Source: Wallemia ichthyophaga EXF-994
Lineage: Eukaryota > Fungi > Basidiomycota
Reading direction: 5' to 3'
DNA: 248,000 nucleotides
NCBI RefSeq assembly: GCF_000400465.1
Contig: NW_008806283.1
Span: 20,001 to 268,000, forward strand
Position numbers and translations under genes: made by a program
The notes under the pieces: model-generated
Database searches by the model: none
Told to the model about the DNA's origin: nothing
What the model saw: the letters and a program-made list of their open reading frames with translations, nothing else
Shown: piece by piece, positions 184,738 to 198,429 of the stretch
Numbering within the stretch: position 1 is the first letter of the stretch
Layout: each line of letters begins with the position of its first letter

Positions 184738-186335
184738 ATGTCGCTTGTATTTCAGACTTTGAATTTATTGAGTGTGGAGAGGAACAGTTACGGCGTTAGA
184801 ACGGGCGATTACTTGAGATACAGGTGGGTATGTTTATATGCATGAAATGCCTTGTAACAGCGCATAGGAAACACTGTACTAGAAAGATCAATAAGCTGCG
184901 TAGAAATCTCAAGCTGACGAATGGAAAAGGCAAGAGATTCAATAAATGTACAGCAGAATCCATTCTCAGACAATCTGATATCAGAGTATTGGAATTGCTG
185001 CTCCTCTCTGCCGATAAATATTGGGCTGAGTCTCAAGAGAATAAAGACGCAACGAGCAAATTGAGAAGATCAGATCAATTTGCAAATGTCTTAATTGAGG
185101 CTTCTTCCAAGTTCGGTCTTCACTCCAGTGACACTGTTCAGTTGGAAATATATCACAAATTCATCCAAGGAAGCTACAATTTGAGTAAAAATAAGTTCCA
185201 CGACGCACTCAACTTATTGTCAATCTCTTACGTTTACCTCAAAAACCTTATTAACGCTGCACCTAATGATAAGATTAGGGCTTTGGGTGAAGGGTGGTTA
185301 GATGAGTTATCACCCAAAATTCGTTACTGCTCTTATCAAAGCGGGAACAAATCTACATCACATGAGATTGATAGAATAGCAAACGAGCATTCATCTTCTC
185401 ACTCGTTTGTTCAACTCGAGTACAGCCAAGAAGATAAGCCAACTAAAGTAAAGAACTTGACATGGCGTGGCAAGGAATTACGACTCACATCTGTTGACGT
185501 CGTTGAAGCCATACACAAGTTACAGTCTGTCATTGACAAGAAGTCTGGTAAATCAACCCAATCACTATCAAACTATGACGAAATTCTCAACACTTACACC
185601 AACGCGATAGAGATATCGCCTCAAGGTCTATTGAAGCAGGTCCTCACGTACAAAATGCTCGCTTTGAGATTAGAAAGAGATCTCAAAATCAACAACCAAC
185701 TCGAGTCAAACGAACCTGCAAAAAATAGATCAAAAGTTAAAGTTATCGATGGAATTATCTTCACATTAGAGCAATTACGTAATTTGCACATTGTTGAATC
185801 TGACGACTCGGATTTGAGTGGTTATGTTGAGACTAAAATCAGCTACCATCAAGCACTTAAGAATTACACCCTCGGTTTATCGCACTTGATGGCTCACAGC
185901 TATGGACCTTCTATCAGATTACTGGAGTCTTGCAAGTTCTACAACAGATCAGGATTAGAATTGTTGATGAGCCTTGATGAAAGCACCTTAAACCATTCTG
186001 AAGCATTCGAGCCAGTCGTTGACATCGCTCTAATTGAAGACTTGAATAAGATGGTAGACACAGCTCTGGTTAACTCCAAGAAGGCTTGGTTCGCTCAGCA
186101 GTTCAAGCGTCCACTCTTCTTCGATATTGCCAACACCTACGTTGAACCACCACTTGACTACATACTTGACAAATCTCAATCCAAAGATACAAAACCTTCT
186201 AAAAAGGAAGCTCAGAAACCGCCCACTGGCCACGTCATCTCTAGTGAAGATTCTAAACAAACTCAAGACTCTGCTGAGAAGAATGCCAACAAGACTGCCT
186301 CTTCAGGGTGGTTTGGTAGTTTATGGAAGCGTTGA
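184738..186335 (+). CDS. SRP68: Signal recognition particle subunit Srp68
   Basis: RNSYGVRTGDYLRY, HRKHCTRKINKLR, PLFFDIANTY. Confidence 0.75.
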
Positions 186336-187189
186336 TTGTGTTCAAAGTATAAAACATATCTTGAAATTATAGATAGAAATGAATCAAAGGATCTTTGAGT
186401 ACCTGTGTTTTGATTACTGTAGATGCTTTCACCCATGTAGAAGACCTTGTAAGTATCAATAAAGCCAGAAGCCAAAGCACATTTTTGTGTCAGCCGCCCA
186501 AATCGACGTATCTAAGTACGCGATGAACCAAACAACTATATCATTAAGCAACAAGATTTTGTCTCAATGGATCAAGACCAAATGTAGAAATATATGATAA
186601 GTGATGTGCTAACACTTATAATATCTGACAAAATACTTGACAACCTACGAAGCATCCAACTGACAAAATACTAAGACTTGCTTGAGTCATCTCTCACTTA
186701 TTCAATTGAAGTCCAACTAATCATTAATCTGGTTTCCCTCAAGGCGTTTATCAATGATGTCAACAGAGTCGTGTTATCAGAGTGAAAGTGTGATGAATTG
186801 TGTTATACGAGAGTTAAATAATAATAACAATTTAAGTGACAACACCTAAATACATTCAACGTCATCATGTTTCATGACTCCTAATTTTTCTCATTTTACA
186901 GCATTATAGTTGATCCTCGCAGAGCAGCAACAGCTCGAAAACAGTCAAACACTAGCAAACTTCAACAGCCAGTACTATTATAAAGCTAAATAGATCAATG
187001 AAATTACTCTTTTATATCTGATTATACCCTGATTCTTACCACATCACCAAAATAAAGCTCGTCATCTCCAAATCAAGAACGACACGCTCAGTAACGTCTT
187101 CTTCATATTGCTGTAATTACTACAAATATTAATATCATTCTATAGCTGTTGATTTGGCGACTAATTCAAAAGCATCTTTATCGGTATTA

Positions 187190-187940
187190 GCGCCGTGCAA
187201 TGCTCTGCTCGTCCAGTTATGTGGTATGTCGCAAGGAGAGTTTTGATATTTCGAAATGCAACTTCATACTATCCTGCCTTCTGTGATTTCAACGCAGACT
187301 TGATTGCCTTTTACAAGTCTATTATTCGAAATATCAAAATGCACTTGGTCTATCCAAAACCCCCCGATTCAAAGTTGGATTGAACTCCACTTGTCTTTGC
187401 ATGAATCGATTGTTCAAAGTCGAAGATGATCCAGAATGGTAAAACATTTCCCCTGTAGACACTGTTTGTCGGAAAACGTTAATCGCGTCTAGAAGTGTGA
187501 GCATTTGTAATTTTGGGTTCTTGCGCTCTTCATCAGCAAAAATTGATTGTATCGATCACTTAATCGCGTCAAATCCTCCACTTTTATCCCATAGCGCGCT
187601 AAAGAGTGTTGTCGGATTGTAATTTCCGAGCATCTTATAGGACGCAATTGGAGGCTCAGGGACATAATTGTGGTAAAAAATTTTAGAGCTTATTCAGGGC
187701 TACCTATGAAATTCTTTTATTTGAGATCATTCAAACTCGTAAAATGAGATGGGTGGTGGTAGTCGAGAATCCAACTCAGTGGATATCGAGAGGAGAGTTA
187801 ATCTGGAAACATATTTAGATTGCTGGAGATGCCATGAGATCTATTGTCCTGCTAAACTGTTCAAATTGTTAGTATTATCTCAGCATTCGTCTTCTGACAT
187901 ACTTGGTCAATTGCGGGGTGAACTAAGTTTGTTTCGTTCA
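187190..187940 (-). repeat. Copy of dispersed decayed-gene family
   Basis: Minus strand reads HNYVPEPPIASYKMLGNYNPTTLFSAL with stops. Confidence 0.65.
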
Positions 187941-188186
187941 TTGGAGTGAGGGGCTATTCAATCCTATTAAACATGTTATCATACTCAGTCTAGCCCTTAA
188001 AAACATGCAGACAACAAAGGTAAAATAATTGTGCAAAGTGTTTGAAATGTTAATATAAGATTTTGAATACATTGGAGAAGTTGATACAGAAAGAACATAA
188101 GCGTGAAACGGAAAGCAAGAGTTAAGAATACAAGGGAGCGTATAAACCGAAATGAGATAAGCTCCAAATAAATACCTTTAGTCAGC

Positions 188187-189395
188187 TCATTTTGCTGACT
188201 TGTTTTGCTGTTGAGCTAACACACTCAAGAATTTGGCTTGACATTCCGTACTGCTAACGCCACAGGTAGCTTTAGCGGTGAGCTGAGAACACAAGTCGTC
188301 GAGATCGAAAGTCTGCTCGGGGATGTCCTTTCCAAGATCCTTCCACGTCCTTCTCACAACGGCATCGACGGGTTCATTGTTTTCGTTGGCAATCATCTCT
188401 ACCATCCTCTTAATCTCTTGGATAAGGTATGGGCTTATCTTGGACACATCCTCGTGGTGGGATTGAACGATACCCATTTGCTCCATCTTGGACTTGACCT
188501 GTGGACATTTGAGTCTCTCCTCTGGATCAGAAAGAGCTTGAGCAAGTTCAAGGATGGTAGGTGGAGGGCCGATAATGGATTCAGATGGGGGCTTTTTGTT
188601 AGCAGACAAAGATGCGGAGGCGGAGGGAGACGGTATAGAAGGGTTCGATTGGTTTTGGTCGAACATGAAGTCATTCTGGAGACCGAAGTCGTTGAGGAAG
188701 TCATCAAGTACGCCTGCGCCAGTGTTATTAAGATTAGAAGAATTATCCCTGTATTCAGCAGCGCTATTCAGGTTTGGAAGAGGGGAAGGAGATTTGTGGA
188801 AAGACCTAGAGTTTGAGTTGGATTGAGGTGGAGGGAATTGGAAAGTGAATGCCGAGTGTTTAAGAGTCATGTTCTCCTGTTGAAGTCTACTGAGGAGGTC
188901 TTTGAGGTTGGTGTTCTCTTCAGCCTGTGCAGCGACCTTGTCCTCAAGGACCTTAACGTGCTTCTCTTTTCTCTCTCTAAAAGCACGCTGAGCAGCTCTA
189001 TTCTGTTCCTTACGCTTACTGGTGCTGTTAGGTTTTGAATTGCGAGTAAGTTCACTGGAAGAGTCAGAAGAGCGTCTGTTGTTTGTGCTCTTGGAGGTGT
189101 GCTGTTCATTATCAAGTAGCTCATCACTCGCCTTACGCTTATCGCTGTCTTTATCTTTATCCTGAGTTTGGCTGTGTGAAGATTCAGGACTAGAAGTGTC
189201 GTTGTTTGTTAAGGGAGGAGTTGGATTCTCGTTGTATTCGGATTTAAAGTCAGGGAATTGGCTTGTGGCTACCAAATTGGGTAAGTCTGTCAAATGATTT
189301 GGATTAATTCCAGAATCAAATAATTTGTTGTGGCCATTGTTATTCCCATAATTCCCAACTTGCTGCTTAAGCATTTCTAAGAAATCTAAATCCAT
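188187..189395 (-). CDS. AP-1-like bZIP transcription factor (Yap1/Pap1 type)
   Basis: KRKEQNRAAQRAFRERKE; C-terminal DLDDLCSQLTAKATC. Confidence 0.85.
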   Translation of the reverse strand: MDLDFLEMLKQQVGNYGNNNGHNKLFDSGINPNHLTDLPNLVATSQFPDFKSEYNENPTPPLTNNDTSSPESSHSQTQDKDKDSDKRKASDELLDNEQHTSKSTNNRRSSDSSSELTRNSKPNSTSKRKEQNRAAQRAFRERKEKHVKVLEDKVAAQAEENTNLKDLLSRLQQENMTLKHSAFTFQFPPPQSNSNSRSFHKSPSPLPNLNSAAEYRDNSSNLNNTGAGVLDDFLNDFGLQNDFMFDQNQSNPSIPSPSASASLSANKKPPSESIIGPPPTILELAQALSDPEERLKCPQVKSKMEQMGIVQSHHEDVSKISPYLIQEIKRMVEMIANENNEPVDAVVRRTWKDLGKDIPEQTFDLDDLCSQLTAKATCGVSSTECQAKFLSVLAQQQNKSAK

Positions 189396-189865
189396 TTGTC
189401 CTTATTGCTGGTCGTGGGATGAACAGGGCAACGTGTGAGTTGAGATAGCTGGTAGATCAACGGGAATATTTTTTATTTTAATTTTAAAAAGAGGGAATTG
189501 GTGTTTGGTTGGTTGTACATCTCTCATATTCATTATCGACGCACTTAAGTTTACTGGGTACCTCCACCCAGCTTTGTAAGCAACTGAATTTTGGGTTTTC
189601 GGGCCTTATTTTAGTATGTGTGAATTTCTGGTAGCTGAATTAGTATATTTATGTGGTCAAATGACTTTAAATCAACTTATTTCAGGTAACATCCCTAGAC
189701 AAAATTACATCACAGCTTTGATATTTGATAGTGGATTGAATTCATTTTGAATATACACGCATACACGCTTATTCTACATACAATTCAATTTAATAATCTC
189801 TTCTACTCTTCTTTTCACTTCTCTTCTTCTTCTGCGCTCAGACGCTGTCACTTTAAGTCACATCC

Positions 189866-190895
189866 ATGGAAATATCGTTAGTTGCGGGTATTCAACACTC
189901 ACTCACAATTCACAATCTTCAGATCTTGCTTACAAGGTGGCTATCATAAGCCATTATCCCGGCAGTGGCAGAATCAGGGCAAGTCACTCGACAAATCCAT
190001 GTTCATGTACCCAATTTTCATCACGGATGATCCACAAGCAAGTGATGAGATTACTTCTCTCCCCAATCAGCGTAGATGGGGTGTCAACAGGCTCGAAGAG
190101 TTTCTACGCCCTTTGATTAGCAAAGGACTCAGCAGCGTTATTCTATTTGGTGTTCCTTTCAACATGAACAAGGATGGCAGGGGAAGTGCAGCAGATGATC
190201 CCAACACTCCCGTCATACAAGCCATCCACACTCTCAAACGTCTCTTTCCAGACTTATACATAGCTTGCGATGTCTGTTTGTGTGAGTACACAGACCACGG
190301 CCACTGCGGACTGCTGCGTGAAGATGGCACTCTCTTCTCTCACGAGTCTGCTCAGCGTATTGGCGAGGTGGCGCTAGCATATGCTCGAGCAGGCGCTGAC
190401 TGCGTCGCCCCTTCTGACATGATGGATGGGCGTATATCACAAATCAAGCGTCGTCTCATAGACTCTGGTTATGGTAACAGAGTGATGCTAATGTCCTACT
190501 CTGCAAAGTTCTCCACTTCTCTCTACGGTCCATTCAGAGAAGCTGCAGGATCAGCTCCTTCATTCGGTGATAGGAAATGCTACCAATTACCCCCACACGG
190601 TAGAGGTTTAGCAAGACGTGCTGTTCAACGTGACTTAAACGAGGGCGCCGATTGCGTCATGGTTAAACCATCTCTCCCTTACCTCGATGTGATATCAGAT
190701 ACTGCTCAGCTCGCTCGTGATTACCCAGTCGCGTGTTATGTTGTCTCGGGTGAGTTTGCAATGATGCACGCCGGTGCTAAGGCGGGTATATACGATTTAA
190801 AAAAGATAGCCTTTGAAACGCATGAGAGTTTTCTGCGCGCAGGTGCTAACATATTCCTCACATACTTTACACCGGAGTTTCTCGAGTGGTTGTAG
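189866..190895 (+). CDS. HEM2: Delta-aminolevulinate dehydratase
   Basis: CDVCLCEYTDHGHCG, APSDMMDGR, MVKP. Confidence 0.95.
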
Positions 190896-190933
190896 TAGTT
190901 TACAATATAAGATACAAGACAAAGACATATAAA

Positions 190934-191611
190934 TTAAATTCGTTGATTCTGCGTTGGACGCGTGTCTATGTCAGTAGTTTCCAAGCTATCAACATCTTCT
191001 AGACTGCGCTTGGATTGAGAAAACAAGTTGGAATTTGGCTGATTTGCCATGGCCAGAGAGGCCTTGTAGATGGATTCAAATTCCTGCGCAAGATCAGTAT
191101 TAAGGTGTTCAAATGAGCTGCAACGCACCTTCAACTGTGATTGGAAACCGAGGTTAGGTGAAATGCAGTATCTCTTGTTCTGCACGTAATGAGTTGCTTC
191201 TTCGAAAGACAACTGAGCAGCTTCCATGACATACATAATCGTAATGGCAGGGCCTCTGCTAATACCGCCATTACAAACAATAAGAACTTTACCGTTCAAT
191301 TCCAATGCGTTGTAGATAAAGGAGCGTGCTTGTGGGTAGATTCTGATTAGATTCTGCTCCTCACTATCACGGACATCCAAGACCAGATATTTGAACTGAT
191401 CTGGGAACCTCGGTCGAACGAAAACAGCCTCAGCCTCACCACGAATGCAGATGATGTGGGTGATGTTGGTGGATCTGAGGTATTCTGTATCTTTGCTGCA
191501 TTGATATGGTCCTAATATTAAGCCTGGGATTATTTCCTGGCATTCTCTTCTCATTTCGTAGCTGTATGTGGTCTTAGTGGTGTTTGTTTGTTCGTTAATG
191601 GATGCACTCAC
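190934..191611 (-). CDS. Dual-specificity phosphatase, STYX-like
   Basis: [17 protein letters not shown]; [10 protein letters not shown] loop. Confidence 0.75.
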   Translation of the reverse strand: MSASINEQTNTTKTTYSYEMRRECQEIIPGLILGPYQCSKDTEYLRSTNITHIICIRGEAEAVFVRPRFPDQFKYLVLDVRDSEEQNLIRIYPQARSFIYNALELNGKVLIVCNGGISRGPAITIMYVMEAAQLSFEEATHYVQNKRYCISPNLGFQSQLKVRCSSFEHLNTDLAQEFESIYKASLAMANQPNSNLFSQSKRSLEDVDSLETTDIDTRPTQNQRI

Positions 191612-191721
191612 CGCCAGTCAGTGACGCCATCAAACAGATAAGCGTTTGGTGCGCTGGTTGCGCTCGATGGCTTATCAATGTCCATGTATTTGATGCTGGT
191701 GGTTACTCTCCAACGCCCACT

Positions 191722-192904
191722 CTAATGGCTCAGCTCGACGATGAAATTCCACAGCTAATTACTCACGATAAGCGCGTACCCTTGACCATTCTCACTGGAT
191801 ACCTCGGTGCGGGTAAATCCACGCTTATCAAACACATTCTCACTCAACAACATGGCCACAGAATTGCCGTTATTGTGAATGAATTCGGTGATACTGCTGA
191901 TATTGAGCGTGGGTTGGTCTACTCGCGCTATTCCTTCCTTCTCACTCTACTGTTCGCTTCCAGGCCGTTCCGTATCCGTCGACGACGAAGAACAGCTCCT
192001 CGAACTCGACAATGGCTGTCTGTGTTGTTCGATACGCGATGCAGGTGTTGCTGCTATTGCGAAAATGATGCGCAAAAAGGGCAAATTCGACTACATCATA
192101 CTAGAAACAACTGGTCTGGCTGATCCATCTGGTCTAGCGCAGTTGTTCTGGGAGAATGAGCTGTTTATACCAGATATATACCTCGATGGTGTGGTCTGTG
192201 TGGTTGATGCTAGGAATGTCCTCCACCAGCTCTCCTCAGACAATCAATGCGTCAGACAGATAGCCTCGGCTGATTCGCTTATCGTTAATAAGGTTGATCT
192301 CGTTGGCAGTGAAGTGCTGGAGCAAGTAAAGCACGCGTTGTTGTCCATCAACTCTTCTGCTCCTCTTCATTACACTACCTACAGCACACTCAACCTCCAT
192401 CACGTCATCGACCTCAACGCTTATGATGGTCAGGCGCAGACCCAGGAGCAGATCAAAACACAGACGCAAATGCAGTCAGAGGAAGTGACACTTTCACGCT
192501 CTACACACTCACACCCAGACTCACACTCACATCCACACCCACACTTACACTTATTCGGGATATCGAGCATACATCTGCAAACACCTCCACTATCCACGGC
192601 CAAATACGCCACGCTCGACAAATGGCTTCGCTGTGTACTATGGGAAAGTACACTTCCCTGTATTGAAGACCTAGTCGAGAAGAACGATATGGAGATACTA
192701 CGCACGAAAGGTGTAGTTAGCGTGTTAGGTGACGGTGTGCACATCCTGCAGGGTGTCAGAGATATGTATGAGCTGAAGCGGGTGTCGGCAGGTAAAGAGG
192801 GTGACACTGACACACGCGCGCCTGGAAAGATAGTTTTTATCGGCAAGAACGTCGACCACCGCCTATTTGCAACGAGTTTCAGTCGCTACATGGAATCAAT
192901 GTGA
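191722..192904 (+). CDS. CobW/COG0523 zinc-chaperone GTPase
   Basis: [29 protein letters not shown]. Confidence 0.9.
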
Positions 192905-192916
192905 TTTGAAGGAGTA

Positions 192917-195900
192917 TTATGCATGTTTGAGTCTATTGAGTGTATTTAGAGAATGTGTGTGTGTAAGTGAATAGTCATGAGTATGTGCGTGAGCATGAGA
193001 ATGAGCACCAGCCACCGTATCATGAGCTATCTGTGCCCTATCAATACATTCAATCGGCAGACCGGCGAGTCTAGCGACGATGATGCCATGGCTCTCTTTG
193101 CAAACACCTTTTCGAAGTGTATACGTAAACCTGAATGCATCTCCGCCATCGACCAGATCAGTGCTGAGATACTGGATAGGAAGGGTATCCGCGAGCATAT
193201 CATCCAGCTCGTGAAAGTGTGTAGCGAAGAAAGTGCGACACTTGTTAGTCAGTGCGAGATGTACCACAATCGCATAAGCCAGTGCGAGTCCATCGAGTGA
193301 GGTGGTACCCCGTCCTATCTCATCCATGATCACAAGCGAGCGCGGCGTAGCCATCTGTAATATCTCCCCAGCTTCCGTCATCTCCACCTGTATTTGTAGT
193401 CTGCGTCAGTCTCAGTCGTCACGCACGCGCGCACTCCGCTCAATAAACTAACCATGAATGTTGACTGCCCCGCACTGAGATCGTCGCTCGCGCCAATGCG
193501 CGAAAATAATCGGTCTACCACCCCGATCGTTGCAGCGGTCGCAGGCACGAATGAACCAGCCTGTGCGAGCACGACTATGATAGCATTCTGGCGCAAGTAA
193601 GTGGATTTTCCGCCCTGTATGTGTGTTAGAGGGAGTGAGGGGGGTATGAGAGGGGCATCTGAGAAATTGAGCACCCTTCCAAGCAACCCGACCCACCATA
193701 TTAGGACCGAAGATGGCGCAAACGAATGAGTCATCTTGCATAAGCACGTCATTCGGCGTGAAGCTATTGAGTGAGTCCTGCAGAGCCACTTCGACAGCAG
193801 GGTGGCGACCCTGTGAGATATGCAAGGCACGGTCGACCGTCATGGCTGGCCGCACCCATGCACGCTCATCGGCTAGCTCCGCGAGACTGCACAACACATC
193901 TAGCTGGGCAAGGAGGTGGGTATTAGCGCGGAAACGCTCACTTTCCTTCGCCAGTTCCCCTTTAAGTCCAGTGAGAGCCTCACGCTCAGCTCCTTCGAGC
194001 TGCTCGGATACCTCCACAATGGAAGACTTGAGTGCAGTCCATCGAGGATGAGCGTACGTGGCTGTAGACTTACCACTCGCTATTAACTGGTATGCTCCCG
194101 GTAATGCCTTCAAGCTGCTCTTGCGCGCTGTTATGTAATGGCCTAGTTTCTGATTGGACCGCAGTGCTACGTGCGTTGGGTCGCTCGCGCGCACTTCCCC
194201 ACGCACCTCTCTCGCCAACTTGGCTCGCTCGCCGTATAACCTATCGAGCTTCTTGTTTAGCCGCGCTATTGTAGCGCTGTATGTTGGTGCTATCGACCGC
194301 TTCAGGTCGTCGTGGTAGTTGTCACCGTTGCGTTCACGCCCATCCTTCTCGATAGCCTCCCTCTCCCTCTCCCTCTCTTCTGGCAAACCTTGTATCTCCT
194401 CCCGCTGCTCACTCTCACTCTCACTCGCCTCCTTGGCGCGCAGGCCGTCTTCAATGATAACCGAGTCGATGCGCTCCGCAAAGGTTATAAGGGGGTGTAG
194501 GGATTCAGTGAGAGTGAGGAGAGCATGCCAGTCGTCGTTGTCATAATTGTTTTCACTAACGCATCCACTCTGCTGCCCACGCTCATGCACCCACTCGGCG
194601 CGAATACGCCTGACGACCTCCTCCGTTTTCTCAATAACGCCCTTAACAGCGAGGAGGAGGGAGGGAGTGAAGTTATTATTGAGGAGCACGCGCTGGAGAA
194701 GACGAGGACCATCTTGAGTGTCACGTAATAAAGCGCGCACGTCTCTCCGCAGCTGTGTGCGCGACAGGAAAATGGCAACGGCTGCGTGGCGAGAGCGTAT
194801 AACGGAGAGATCAGCAGAAGGCTCGCACAGCCACTGTTCTAGTAGGCGGTGGCCGGGCTGTGTGATGGTGCGGCGCACTGCTCTCATCAGACTCCCTGAA
194901 GTGCGGTTGGACCGTATCGTCGTCTTTAACTCTAGACCGCGAATCGTGGGCGCGTCGAGCATTAATGTCGCTTTTTCCTCGCGCTTAGGTTGCAGAGATG
195001 GCGTGTCGTCTATTAGCGACGCCTGAAGACGCGTTTGGAGGAGTGATATGGCTGTGTGTTCATGGGGAGTGTATTGGGTGTGGGTGGATGCGGAGGGGTT
195101 TGCGTTGGGTTGACTGTATGAGATGATGGAGTCGTGTGCGCCAAGTGATTGTCGCAACTTGTGTGCTTCTGCAGTCGTTGTGCCACCATCAAAAACAATC
195201 TCAGACGGGGATAAACGTGCAATATAGCTCTTCAAATCAGATAAGCTGGATGACGCAGTTGAAGAGTCACCGGTGGAAATGTCACACCAAGCTGCAGCGA
195301 ATTGGTCTTGCTCAGGGTGAGACACAACTGAGACAATGAAGTTGTGAGTAGTGGGATTGAGAGATGACTCGTCTAGGAGAGTACCAGGGGAGATAACGCG
195401 TGTAACTTTCCTATCAAAAGAGCCAGATTTGTGGTTGTAGAATTGATCGTTAATTGCGACAAATAGGCAGTGATCGACGACTAGAGATCTGAGATGTTTT
195501 GATAGCTGGTAGTAAGGGAAGCCAGCCATAGGGAATTTAGACTTGTTGTACGATTTTTCACCGACGCTGAAACCGAGGAGTTTGGAGAGGAGAAGAGCGT
195601 GGTGGTAGTAAGCCTCGTAGAAGCCACCGACGCGTGTGAGAAGGAGGGTATCTGGGTGGGCGTTGATAGTATTGATGACGTTCTTGAGGAGATCAGAGGA
195701 TAAGTGGGAGGGATGGAAGCCGGACGGGTCGGGTGGAGTGGGGGGAGAGGGAGTGAGAGTGGGAGTGAGAGTGGGAGTGATGAGAGGAGTTCCTGGGGTG
195801 CCTGGATTGCCTGGATTGCCTGGTTTGCCTGCGTTGCCGGTGTTGATAGGGCTGAAAGGATCCGATAGCCGAGTAACAACACCACCACCACCACCACCAC

Positions 195901-195973
195901 CCAGACCAGGCTTCGGGAGATTAATCTTAACTCTCGATTTAAATGAATTAAAAATGATTTTATTGAGCCTCAT
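192917..195973 (-). CDS. MSH1: Mitochondrial MutS homolog
   Basis: [38 protein letters not shown]. Confidence 0.9.
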
Positions 195974-196302
195974 CTAGACATAAACACCCAGTGCGTTCAA
196001 TATACTGACCACAGCCACACCGAGAAAGAGTGAAGATAACAAAGCGTAGTAAAATTGGGCTGTGAAATTTTTGTAGTTTCTAAGCGGGGTTAGAGGGTAT
196101 GCGGAGATAAAGAATACACGGACGAATACCAGCTAAACGCCATCAACCCGGAAGATATCAGAGAGAGGACACCGAGGAGTGGGAGCAGACTGGTGTTGAT
196201 TCCCGGGAAGAAGTTTACTTCCTGCTAATAAAACGTTAGGCCATTTTGCACTTTAAATTAAAAATCATTTACGCCGTAAGTCATGGTTCAATTTAAACAG
196301 CC

Positions 196303-198250
196303 ATGGATCAAAACAGACGCTGGGTAAATCCAATCCCAGGGATCCCGATTACGAGGAGAGTGAACAATGCCGGCCGATCCACCATCTCCAGGCCTCCGCG
196401 CGCCACGCCCGGCCATCTCCGTAGCCTCTCTGATACGTCACAGCTATTTATGACGACAGCGCCTTACAATCAATCCACTGCTAAATGTGGCGGTGATGAC
196501 GGCCCACAAAACCCAATAAACAGCTACATCCCCCCTTACCTCCTCCTCTCAAACACCCACGCCCAACTCCCCCTCCTTCCCTCGCAGCTTGACATGAAAA
196601 ATTGCAGACCTTCGAAACTCAACCTGAACCACTCCTGCACTTGCGTAACCTACGCTGGTCCTGCTGACGGCAACGAGAAGGATGCCGCCGCTGTCCGAGC
196701 CAACGAGCCCGTTCCTAGATGTTCCGGCATCTATTATTTGGAGTTTGAAATTCTGAATAGGGGCGACAAGGGTTATATCTCCATTGGCTACGGTAATAAG
196801 ATGTTCAAACTAACCAGATTGCCCGGTTGGGAGTCCTGTTCATGGGGTTATCACGGCGACGATGGCTGCTTCTTTGCCCAAGCAAGCGACGGCTCTAAAT
196901 TTGGTCCTGAGTACTCTACAACCTCTGGCAGCGTTATTGGTATGGGTTTCGACTTTACCCAGAACAAATCCTTCTACACTATCAACGGCACCTTCATCGC
197001 ATACGCCCCAGACCCTCTCCCTTCTCCTCAAATCTGTCCAGACATCTACCCCTGTATCGGTCTACGCTCCGATAACGAGTCTGTCTCTGTAAACTTTGGT
197101 ATCGACCCTAGATCTCCCTTCCGTTTCGATATTGACGGTTACGTTAAGCGTAAGAAGTGGGATGTTATCGCACAAGAGATCGACAACCGCGTCGTTGATT
197201 GGCGTGTCGATAATGAGTCACGTAACGTCGAGTTTGTCCACACACCCGATGAAATGCGCAGCGTACTCGGTGATCGCTACACTTATGGCTCTGCTCAAGA
197301 CGATGATCTTAGTTTGCCCATGGGTGAGCTTGTGATGGAGTATCTTGTTCATTCCTCGTATGCACAATCTGCACGTGCCTTTAACCAGGCTTTGGAGATG
197401 GAGAATAAGGGGAGTAAAGTGCCTATAGGTGGAGTTGCTAGTGGTTTTAGTGGTGCAATGCAAGTAGATCAATCTCAGTCAAGCTCTCACTCCCACTCTC
197501 ACTGGCTTCACTCCTTAGATGAAGCAGCTAATGCAAGTAGAGGCACACGCAATGCAATCCTCGCAGGCGATATCGAACTCGCCATGTCTGAACTACGTGC
197601 GCGCTGGCCGGCTGTTTTGATCGACAACACCACATTAGCGTTCGAGTTATTTCTGAGAAAGTTTGTCGAGCTAGTGATTAAGGCGCATGGCACGACGAAT
197701 GTGGATGATGTAAACGATGATGGTGAGGAGGGTAACCAGGGTGAAGATGGTAAGGGTAAGAATGCAAATACTATCGCCAACTCCACCACATCTACCACAG
197801 ACGCTCCCTCGGAAGATATGGAAATGCTCCAATCGCCCGTGTTTCCTCCACAAATTCCACCACTAGAGTTGCCACATCCTGATCTGATGCGCGCTCCTTC
197901 CCCCGCACCTCATCTCAGTCCACTCGATAAAGCACTCGCTGCAGGAAGAGCATTACAGGCCAAATATCCACCGCAAACGTATCCAGAATTCCAGGAAAGG
198001 ATGCGTGTTGCATTCGCGTTAGTAGCGCATGATCATATCGAAATCGCGCCGCGCGAGTCACTCGATTTGTTCGACACACAAGAGCGGCAAAGATTGTGGG
198101 ATGCGGTAGAGATGGCGATAAATGGTGAGTAATGACATAAACCCAAGCAAATTAAATCATATTCACACTCACACCACCACTCACAGACGCCCAAGGCAAA
198201 CCCAATCAGAGCGCACTCGAACTCGTCGTCCGGCAAGCTGGCGCATCTGT
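196303..198250 (+). CDS. SPRY-LisH-CTLH protein (RanBP9/Vid30-like)
   Basis: RLPGWESCSWGYHGDDG; YLVHSSYAQSA. Confidence 0.8.
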
Positions 198251-198429
198251 CTCGCAGGCTGCACTCATGGGAGATGGTAAAGCGGCGTATATTGATATAG
198301 AGGATTATATAAAATAACCATTGTACTATAATTTACATGAAAAATAAATTAAATGCTCGCACGTGAGAAATTTCAGAAGAATCGCCGGCCGGTGTTGGTG
198401 TGGTTATCAACAGCCAGCCATACACCCGC

